Assembly: GCA_048882485.1 (NCBI GenBank)
Contig: JBHLRP010000042.1
Span: 1 to 28,404 of the forward strand
Length of the DNA: 28,404 bases
Direction: 5' to 3'
From: Candidatus Thorarchaeota archaeon
Lineage (GTDB): Archaea; Asgardarchaeota; Thorarchaeia; Thorarchaeales; Thorarchaeaceae
Below the pieces are notes generated by a model that made no database searches, was not told the origin of the DNA, and worked only from the letters and a program-made list of their open reading frames with translations. The position numbers and the translations under genes are program-made. Below are positions 1 to 6,997 of this stretch, in pieces (within the stretch, counting starts at the first letter, position 1; every line of letters starts with the position of its first letter).

Positions 1-887
1 CCATAGGCACCTGGTTTGCCATAGAAAATGCAGACCAGATCTGAAACATAGTCAAGAATTGAAAGGTCGTGCTCAACAACGACCACTGTCTTTCCTTGAT
101 TGGAGAGATTGCGGATTGCTCGGCCCACCCTCAGTCTTTCGCGGACATCAAGGTAGGCAGTTGGTTCGTCAAAGAAGTAGATATCACCCTCTCGCACGAT
201 CGCTGCTGTCACAGCGACTCGCTGTAGTTCTCCACCTGAAAGAAACTTGATTGGGCGGTCCCAAATCTCAGTCAGGCTCATATCCTCCTTCAGGCCCTTT
301 AGTCGACCGGACGTGTCTGCAGCCTCAAGAAGTTCACTGATCGGTTTGTCAGCCACCGCCTTGACCTTGGGCAGGTCTGTTATAGTCTGCGGTTTATGGA
401 CTGGCACAATGTTGCCGTCCTGTATTCGTTCAAAGAACGGCTGCAGCTCTGAACCTCGGTATTGTTTGATTATCTCATCCCATTCGGGCGGACTCTCAAC
501 ATTGCCAAGATTGGGCTTCAATTCACCTGCCAGTATTTGAACAGCGGTTGTCTTGCCTACACCGTTGGCACCAATCAATCCTAAGACCTGCCCCTCCTTC
601 GGTATTGGCATCCGGAAGAGCTGGAATCCATTTACGCCGTAGCGGTGACTACCGTCAGTATCGAGCTCCTCAGGAAGATTCACCACGCTAATCACATGGT
701 ACGGACACTTCTTCACACACATTGCCGCCCCAGAGCAGAGGGACTCCACAATTGTAGGGGGCTTGTCAGGTCCATCGAAGAATACGACTGTCTCAGTACC
801 AGTCCTGACCATGGGGCAGAACCTTTGACACTCATGAGTACAGTCCTTTGGCCTGCAACGAACTCTATCAATAACAGCAATGCGCAT
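1..887 (-). CDS. rli: Ribosome recycling ABC ATPase ABCE1/RLI, N-terminal part (runs off the left edge; not in the ORF track)
   Basis: Hand translation from ATG at 887: MRIAVIDRVRCRPKDCTHECQRFCPMVRTG...ESLCSGAAMCVKKCPYHVISVVNLPEEL...HRYGVNGFQLFRMPIPKEGQVLGLIGANGVGKTT. Later LSGGELQR, YFFDEPTAYLD and VVEHDLSILDY...YGKPGAYG. This is the Fe-S domain plus NBD1 of ABCE1. GGTGA-type SD upstream. Confidence 0.97.
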   Translation of the reverse strand, partial: MRIAVIDRVRCRPKDCTHECQRFCPMVRTGTETVVFFDGPDKPPTIVESLCSGAAMCVKKCPYHVISVVNLPEELDTDGSHRYGVNGFQLFRMPIPKEGQVLGLIGANGVGKTTAVQILAGELKPNLGNVESPPEWDEIIKQYRGSELQPFFERIQDGNIVPVHKPQTITDLPKVKAVADKPISELLEAADTSGRLKGLKEDMSLTEIWDRPIKFLSGGELQRVAVTAAIVREGDIYFFDEPTAYLDVRERLRVGRAIRNLSNQGKTVVVVEHDLSILDYVSDLVCIFYGKPGAY

Positions 888-980
888 TTCTGTCCTTCAC
901 CTTCAAGAGGTATGAGGGGAGATTTCGTGCATAGTATTTAGCGCTTTGGCTCAGGCTCAGATAGGTAAATAGACAGATGA

Positions 981-993
981 AAAACCTTTAGAA
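981..993 (+). promoter_or_regulatory. Candidate archaeal BRE/TATA element in the divergent rli / small-ORF intergenic region
   Basis: AAAACCTTTAGAA about 30-35 nt upstream of ATG 1020; purine-rich BRE-like stretch followed by a TTTA box. Confidence 0.3.
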
Positions 994-1019
994 CCATTGG
1001 CGTCAACAGAAACACAGAG

Positions 1020-1262
1020 ATGAAACTATTAGAACGAATTCTGGGCATATTTGCCAGACAGCGCAATCTGTTCCTAGGCGCAGTTGGACATCCAGACACG
1101 CTTGCTGAATACATACTCCAAGTCAGAGCCCAGACCTATCTAAGACTGACCGGAAAGAGGCTCACGCAGGTCTCTCCGAAGGACATCACAAGAAGTTCCA
1201 ATGAAAACGATCTTTCAGACCGCGTTTCCCGAGTTCGACGAATCACTCGAGGGCATGCCTAG
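1020..1262 (+). CDS. Small basic hypothetical protein (80 aa)
   Basis: ATG-initiated ORF filling the gap divergent from rli, with a TATA-like element upstream; no recognisable motif. Confidence 0.5.
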   Translation: MKLLERILGIFARQRNLFLGAVGHPDTLAEYILQVRAQTYLRLTGKRLTQVSPKDITRSSNENDLSDRVSRVRRITRGHA

Positions 1263-1409
1263 AAAGAGTTGACTCGCTAGGATTATAGCATTTCCCGGCA
1301 ATTGGACATTAGGGATTGGAAATTCCAAAAAAACGGCTAACAGAGTTTATAGGATTTCATTTGTAGAGGGATGTGGGGATAGGAGATTTCTACAAAGGAT
1401 CGCGATTTT

Positions 1410-2024
1410 GTGCTGGCTAGTCTAATAGTAATTGCATTAGTGATACCACTCATCACCATAGGCAGTGTGCATTCTGATGAGATTCTATTAAGAATCCACT
1501 ACCAATACGAATACTCGCATCGGGATGGAAGTTCGGATAATACGACGAGTGCTTCTGAATACTATGAAGTTTCTGCGGCTGCGACACTGGATAATCTGAG
1601 TCTTGCACTAGGAGGAAAAGAAGTTCGAGGGTATCCAGTGTGGGTAAATGTGAGCAATTGGAGTGCAGGCCAAACGGTTCAACTTGCTGGTGAAGATTTC
1701 ACCGTCATAAGTCCCCAGGAGAGGTACAGATTATATTGCTGGGAAGCACAAACCTACAATGGCACAAGTGCGTACTATCATAGAGAAACGGGAGTCTTCC
1801 TTGGCTCATCATATTTCGAAACCGAGTTTCTAGGCGGGACTGAATGGATCTGGACAAGTAGCGATATCATTGTCACTTATCAAAACCTCGATGACTTCCA
1901 TTTAGTAGAATATTTCTTCAATCCTGATTCATTAGTACTATCCTTCATTCTGATAGAAGCAGTAGTAGCTCTCAAGCTCTTTGATAAGAAGTCCTTGATG
2001 GACTCCACACCCCGAAAGTCTTAA
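1410..2024 (+). CDS. Hypothetical secreted, membrane-anchored protein
   Basis: N-terminal hydrophobic signal (LIVIALVIPLITIG), Tyr/Ser/Thr-rich body with several N-x-S/T sequons, C-terminal TM segment (SLVLSFILIEAVVAL) followed by basic residues. Confidence 0.75.
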   Translation: MLASLIVIALVIPLITIGSVHSDEILLRIHYQYEYSHRDGSSDNTTSASEYYEVSAAATLDNLSLALGGKEVRGYPVWVNVSNWSAGQTVQLAGEDFTVISPQERYRLYCWEAQTYNGTSAYYHRETGVFLGSSYFETEFLGGTEWIWTSSDIIVTYQNLDDFHLVEYFFNPDSLVLSFILIEAVVALKLFDKKSLMDSTPRKS

Positions 2025-2048
2025 GCAAAATCGAGAATGGCTAGTATT

Positions 2049-2121
2049 GTGGAATGATGATGAAGTAGGGATGGTGAACGTCTCATCAACGTGATGACCC
2101 ACTAAACCGCAGTCTGACCAC
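2049..2121 (+). ncRNA. Box C/D methylation-guide sRNA (predicted)
   Basis: Terminal stem GTGG (2049-52)/CCAC (2118-21); box C ATGATGA 2054-60; D' GTGA 2074-77; C' GTGATGA 2091-97; box D CTGA 2114-17. The D guide contains TAAACCGCAG, the complement of the archaeal 16S motif CUGCGGUUUA. Confidence 0.8.
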
Positions 2122-2215
2122 TCATCAGTATACACTGAATTGGAACCTCACACCTCACAGCGAGAAGAGGATAGAGAACCTTTGACGGCCCTTACTAGGA
2201 GACCCATGAATCTTG

Positions 2216-2623
2216 ATGACCATTGACTGTAAACGATTTTGTCCCGATGTGAGAATATGCTGTCAAGAGACTGAGATGACTATTACCCGAAAGGATGCAG
2301 AGAGAATCAATGTTCTTGGTTACTCGACCACCGATTATTCCCAGAAAGTTGGCGATGGATTCTGCGAACTAAAGAATATCGAGGGTCACTGCTTCTTCTA
2401 TGACGCATCCTTAAAAGAGTGTAAGATATACGAGGCCAGACCAGAGGGTTGTCGATGGTTTCCAGTTGTTTATCACTACAAGAAGCGCAAATGTATCGGT
2501 GATGACGACTGTCCTGCCGCGCCCACTTTAACCAGGACCGATATTAGAAAGGTCTGTCATAAGGTGAAGGCACTAGTAGAGGAACTAAGGAGGGAGGTTG
2601 CGCATGGCGAGAGCCCTTGCTGA
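2216..2623 (+). CDS. YkgJ/UPF0153 family cysteine-cluster (putative Fe-S/Zn) protein
   Basis: C-x3-C-x5-CC...GHCFFYD...CKIYEARPEGCRWFP motif. ATG 2216 preferred over TTG 2213. Confidence 0.88.
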   Translation: MTIDCKRFCPDVRICCQETEMTITRKDAERINVLGYSTTDYSQKVGDGFCELKNIEGHCFFYDASLKECKIYEARPEGCRWFPVVYHYKKRKCIGDDDCPAAPTLTRTDIRKVCHKVKALVEELRREVAHGESPC

Positions 2624-3461
2624 CCTTCATACCCATTCATCCATTTCGGATGGAACAGATTCGCCAATCGATTTGGTCAGACTAGCAGATGAGATGAAAC
2701 TCGGTGGAATTGCCCTGACTGACCATGATACAATCATGGGCCTGAGGGAATTCATGGAGGCAAGGGCAACACCTGATCTTCAAAGGGTTCCAGGTCTGGA
2801 ACTCAGTGCAGACTACCAGGACCAAGAGGTCCACATTCTAGGCTACTTTGTCCCCTTGGAATCCAAGACGCTTGATGCAAAGCTTAGAGACCTCAGAAAT
2901 CGGCGGCGATACAAGTTTTCAAAGATGATTGACAAGCTTCACAATCTTGGAATAGAGCTGGAGCATGACGAGGTAGAGGCTGCTCTACAGGGAGTGGAGA
3001 GTCCCGGGCGTCCGCATCTTGCCGCGTTACTTATGAAGAAAGGGATAGTCGTATCAATCGATGAGGCATTTGACTTGTACCTTGGAGAGGGAAAACCTGC
3101 ATATGTTGAGAAGAAACGCATGCATGTTTTCAAAGCAATTGATCTTATCAGATCAGTGGGAGCCGTGCCAGTTGTTGCGCATCCTCTTACAGTCGAGGTG
3201 CCAAATCTGGGAGATTTCCTTGGAGACCTAGAGAAATCTGGAATTCTTGGTGTTGAGATCGATTATGACTATCATACTGCCATAGCCGATGTTAACTTGG
3301 AGGAATTGCGGAATATCACACGGGAATTGGGTCTCATAGAAACCGGAGGAAGTGACTATCACGGAGATTCTTGGATGGGCGCACTCGGAAGTGTAACGGT
3401 GCCAGTAAAAACCATTGAGATTCTTAGAGATGCTGCAGATGACATGAATACGCAAGCCTAA
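2604..3461 (+). CDS. PHP-domain metal-dependent phosphoesterase (TrpH/YciV-like)
   Basis: DLHTHSSISDG, TDHDT, GLELS, HILGY, GRPHLA, AHP and GGSDYHG motifs. GGAGG SD before ATG 2604; overlaps the upstream gene end. Confidence 0.93.
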   Translation: MARALADLHTHSSISDGTDSPIDLVRLADEMKLGGIALTDHDTIMGLREFMEARATPDLQRVPGLELSADYQDQEVHILGYFVPLESKTLDAKLRDLRNRRRYKFSKMIDKLHNLGIELEHDEVEAALQGVESPGRPHLAALLMKKGIVVSIDEAFDLYLGEGKPAYVEKKRMHVFKAIDLIRSVGAVPVVAHPLTVEVPNLGDFLGDLEKSGILGVEIDYDYHTAIADVNLEELRNITRELGLIETGGSDYHGDSWMGALGSVTVPVKTIEILRDAADDMNTQA

Positions 3462-3499
3462 TCTGAAACGTTTTCAAGTAGCGGTCGAGTGTTGACCAG

Positions 3500-4405
3500 T
3501 TGAGAGTAATAGACGCTCATACACATACCTGGACTAGGGATATCATCAGTAAAATGGATCTCGAAGCACGTCGCATAGCGGCTGAGCGGGATGGTATTGA
3601 GCCTCAACTAGACTCCCCTTTTGAGGCATTGCAGTCCGCTATGAAGGACGCAAATATAGAGAGAGCGGTGATCCTTCCAATTGATAGTGGCATTAACCAA
3701 GACATGCCATTGACCATGACCGAGAAGACTGACTGGCATGTGGATGAAGTGAAAGGGGATCCAAACATCCTTACCTTTGTAGGACTTGATCCTCGAAGGG
3801 GAAAGGACGGTCTGGAGGAGTTGGAAAGAGCAGTCAAGGAGAAAAGTTGCGTTGGATGGAAGATGTACCCTCCCAACGGATTCTATCCTGATAACAAAGA
3901 GTTCTATCCTTATTATGAACTATGCACGGAACTGGGAGTTCCAGTGGTAATTCACCAGGGATTCACATCAAGATTCAAGCACATCAAATTCGGACGACCA
4001 GTTCATGTGGACAGTGTGGCAGTAGACTTTCCAAGACTCAAACTTGTCTTAGCCCATGTAGGAGTTCCATGGGTGGATGAAGCTCTGACAATCGCTGCAA
4101 AGAATCCCAACGTTCATGTCGATGTATCAGGATGGCAGGTCTTTGCAGCCAGCAACACATCCAGACTCTATCGCATGATCGTAGATGCGAAGATGATGCG
4201 GGTGTTTCCTAGTCGTGTAATTTGGGGTAGTGACTTCCCACTCTTTGAACAGGTCATGCCCCTGAAGAAATGGAGTGATTTCTTTGCAAATCTCCAAGTT
4301 CCTGACTCAATATTGGATGAGGGGCATGCTCAAGTAACCAAGGATGAGATTGAAGCTGTGATGTGGAAGAATGCCGCTCGTTTGTTCTTCGGTGAGAGAT
4401 TATGA
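3500..4405 (+). CDS. Amidohydrolase family 2 (TIM-barrel metal-dependent hydrolase)
   Basis: IDAHTH, GWKMYP, PVVIHQG, LVLAHVG and WGSDFP motifs. Confidence 0.92.
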   Translation: MRVIDAHTHTWTRDIISKMDLEARRIAAERDGIEPQLDSPFEALQSAMKDANIERAVILPIDSGINQDMPLTMTEKTDWHVDEVKGDPNILTFVGLDPRRGKDGLEELERAVKEKSCVGWKMYPPNGFYPDNKEFYPYYELCTELGVPVVIHQGFTSRFKHIKFGRPVHVDSVAVDFPRLKLVLAHVGVPWVDEALTIAAKNPNVHVDVSGWQVFAASNTSRLYRMIVDAKMMRVFPSRVIWGSDFPLFEQVMPLKKWSDFFANLQVPDSILDEGHAQVTKDEIEAVMWKNAARLFFGERL

Positions 4406-4881
4406 CCCATTTCATTGTTGATGCGATGCTGGGCAAACTCACTCTCTGGCTCAGACTGACTGGACACGATACAATCTATTCCACAGAGATACATGATGAT
4501 GAGATGTTGGGCATTGCTGAGAGAGAGAATCGAGTCCTGCTGACTGCAGATGAAGATCTCTTCGAACGGTCTCAGCAGAGAGGAATCAATGCACTCCTTC
4601 TAAGAGGTACTGTCGATGAGCGTGTGGCACGTGTATTCAGCGAGTTTAACATTCGGCCTCATATCGACCCTAGTAATTCGCGTTGCTCAAAGTGCAATGG
4701 TACTCTGGAAGAGCTGAGTAATACCACGAAGGTGAAAATCAAGGACCTTGTCCATGAACAGACCTACAATCATTACGACAAATTCTGGTATTGCAGTGAT
4801 TGTCAAAGTGTATACTTCCAAGGTGGACAATGGGAGAATATTACTGATTATATGGAACGAATTAGAGGGCTCCTCAGCTAA
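4402..4881 (+). CDS. Mut7-C RNase domain protein (PIN-like fold plus Zn ribbon)
   Basis: FIVDAMLGKLTLWLRLTGHDT, ENRVLLTAD, RCSKCNG...CSDCQSVYFQG. ATGA overlap with the upstream gene. Confidence 0.92.
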   Translation: MTHFIVDAMLGKLTLWLRLTGHDTIYSTEIHDDEMLGIAERENRVLLTADEDLFERSQQRGINALLLRGTVDERVARVFSEFNIRPHIDPSNSRCSKCNGTLEELSNTTKVKIKDLVHEQTYNHYDKFWYCSDCQSVYFQGGQWENITDYMERIRGLLS

Positions 4882-5336
4882 TCCTTTTGCTCACGGACAA
4901 AGACATCGTAGTCTATTGGTATACTTCCGCTAATTGTGCGTGTAAGATGACAATATTCTTTCATGAGGTGAAGACACCTATCACCGGCTTCTAACTCATC
5001 TTCACCCACGACTATCTCACCCCAGACAGATATGCCAGTTATCTTGTAGCCTTCACCATCGAATTTGGCTGTGGCTTTGCCGTTCAAATCTATGGCTATG
5101 AGATGCATCTCAAATCGTCGCTGAAAATCAAGGAAAGTATTGTTCAGGCACCCCAATACTGATGACACAAAGAGCTCATCTGGACAGATACCATCCCCCC
5201 TGCCGCCATAGGTTGGTGGAGTGTCAATGACAACCTTTCGATTATCTGTCACATAGGCGGTACAGCCGGTCAGTCCATCCCACGAGCTTCTGGCTGTGTA
5301 TACCAGAGTTTCAGGGTATCTTGGTTTCAACTTCAT
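4878..5336 (-). CDS. OsmC/Ohr family protein
   Basis: DTPPTYGG...CPDELFVSSVLGC...EYCHLTRTI, with the two conserved Cys. Confidence 0.88.
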   Translation of the reverse strand: MKLKPRYPETLVYTARSSWDGLTGCTAYVTDNRKVVIDTPPTYGGRGDGICPDELFVSSVLGCLNNTFLDFQRRFEMHLIAIDLNGKATAKFDGEGYKITGISVWGEIVVGEDELEAGDRCLHLMKEYCHLTRTISGSIPIDYDVFVREQKD

Positions 5337-5400
5337 TAGAAGTGCCTCGATGGAGTCGGCTCCAAGTTCTGATTAAGGATTGCGGTCAGTCAGTAAGCCA

Positions 5401-5406
5401 TTTAAA
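5401..5406 (+). promoter_or_regulatory. Candidate TATA box for the Zn-ADH/Toprim transcript
   Basis: TTTAAA 40 nt upstream of ATG 5441 in a divergent intergenic region. Confidence 0.35.
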
Positions 5407-5440
5407 CGGGCCAAACAATCACGACTTGGAGTCTGACCTC

Positions 5441-6484
5441 ATGAGCCGTCGGATGAATGCTGCAATGTTTCATGGAGTTGGGGATGTCAGGTATGAACAG
5501 ACTGATATTCCCGAGATTGGTCGTGGTGAACTCTTGGTGAAAGTCGGCAATGCTCTCACCTGCGGTACAGATGTCAAGACCTACAAGAGAGGACATCCAA
5601 TCCTCCTGAAACACACACCGGCACTGTTTGGACATGAATATGCAGGGACAGTCGAAACCGTTGGAGAGGGTGTTCGCGGATTCAGTGTGGGAGACCGCGT
5701 TGTAGCCACAAATTCAGCTCCGTGTGGGACCTGCTTCTTCTGCAAACGAGGCAGTTTCAATCTCTGTCCTGAGCTAAAGGAGTCATTCGTGAACGGTGCC
5801 TTTGCCGAGTTTGTAAGGGTCCCTGAACATGTAGTCAAATGGAATACGCATCACATTCCGGATTCCCTCTCATTTCGAGATGCCGCCTTGACCGAGCCTC
5901 TTGCCTGTGTTGTACATGGGATAGAAGAAGCGAACATCCAGCTTGGTGACACTGTGGCCATCATAGGGGCTGGTCCTATCGGACAGATGATGATTATGCT
6001 TGCAAAGAAGAGTGGCGCATCCAATGTCATAGTTTCAGACCTAGCTAAACTTCGACGTGAGATGGCTGTGCTTTCTGGAGCGGATGTTGTTATCGATCCC
6101 GCTAATGAGGATGCTATTGAGAGGGTAAAGTCAGAAACGGATGGGTACGGAGCAGATGTCGTGATTGAGGCGGTCGGGCTTCCGGCAACTTGGGAGCAAG
6201 CAGTGGACATGACGCGCGATGCTGGCATGACTGTATTGTTTGGTGGCGCTGCTTCGGGAACTAAGTTCGAGATTGATACAGTACGTTTCCACTATGGACA
6301 ACTCACAATCAAGGGTGTCTTTCATCTCACACCAAGACATGTAGAACAGGCTCTCAAGCTCATAATTGCTGGTGATGTTGATCCTGATATCTTGATCACT
6401 CACACCATGCCTCTCGAAAAAGTGACTGACGCTATTCTTATGATGAGCAAGGGAGAGAGCATGAAGGTAGCTATTGAGCCATGA
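5441..6484 (+). CDS. Zinc-dependent medium-chain alcohol dehydrogenase (sorbitol/threonine dehydrogenase-like)
   Basis: TCGTD, GHEYAG, structural Zn motif CGTCFFCKRGSFNLC, EPLAC and GAGPIG Rossmann motif. Start re-called at ATG 5441, because the ORF-track start overlaps osmC. Confidence 0.93.
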   Translation: MSRRMNAAMFHGVGDVRYEQTDIPEIGRGELLVKVGNALTCGTDVKTYKRGHPILLKHTPALFGHEYAGTVETVGEGVRGFSVGDRVVATNSAPCGTCFFCKRGSFNLCPELKESFVNGAFAEFVRVPEHVVKWNTHHIPDSLSFRDAALTEPLACVVHGIEEANIQLGDTVAIIGAGPIGQMMIMLAKKSGASNVIVSDLAKLRREMAVLSGADVVIDPANEDAIERVKSETDGYGADVVIEAVGLPATWEQAVDMTRDAGMTVLFGGAASGTKFEIDTVRFHYGQLTIKGVFHLTPRHVEQALKLIIAGDVDPDILITHTMPLEKVTDAILMMSKGESMKVAIEP

Positions 6485-6992
6485 CTTCCGTGAGGAGAAG
6501 CTCTTGAGCGATGATAGAGACAGAATGCTCAAAGATAAGGTTGAAGCAATATACAGAGCCAGAGATAAAGAGAGAGAGAGCACTCGGGGTCTGCGAGAGA
6601 ATGAGAAGTCATTGATAAGCCTTATTCAGAAGCTGGATGAATATGATAGTATTATTGTGATAGTAGAGGGAAAGCGTGATGAACGCATTCTCAGAAGTCT
6701 GGGATTACGTGCTCCCATAGTGAAAACACAGCATGGTATGCCAAGACCAGAGCTTCTGGATGATATCGCATCGCGAGCAGGCAGGAATGGCCAAGTTCTC
6801 ATCCTTACAGATTTTGACGACGAAGGCATTGAGATCTGTAAGTTCATTGAAAGGGGGCTTGAACCTAGGCGTATTAAAGTCCTTCAAGGCCTCCGCTTCG
6901 AGATTCGTAAAGCCATGGGCAATTGGCGTTGCATTGAGGAGATGGTGGCGCTCTTCAAGAGAAAGGATTCTCCAGAGCCGGGTCCATGCTAA
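6474..6992 (+). CDS. Small Toprim-domain protein (UPF0292 / RNase M5-like)
   Basis: IVIVEGKRDERIL and ILTDFDDEG Toprim motifs; charged helical N-terminal extension. Confidence 0.88.
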   Translation: MSHDFREEKLLSDDRDRMLKDKVEAIYRARDKERESTRGLRENEKSLISLIQKLDEYDSIIVIVEGKRDERILRSLGLRAPIVKTQHGMPRPELLDDIASRAGRNGQVLILTDFDDEGIEICKFIERGLEPRRIKVLQGLRFEIRKAMGNWRCIEEMVALFKRKDSPEPGPC

Positions 6993-6997
6993 ACCTG

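Noticed and set aside
59-941. Three + strand ORFs (59-250, 247-540, 645-941)
   Set aside because: Antisense shadows of the ABCE1/RLI gene on the minus strand; no motifs.
1938-2135. 65-aa minus-strand ORF, and minus-strand TGATGA motifs as an antisense C/D RNA
   Set aside because: The ORF has no protein features and overlaps the + strand gene and the sRNA. The minus-strand C-like boxes have no properly placed CTGA D box.
5321-5440. N-terminal extension of Zn-ADH in the ORF track
   Set aside because: Overlaps the osmC start and the divergent promoter region; homology begins at ATG 5441.
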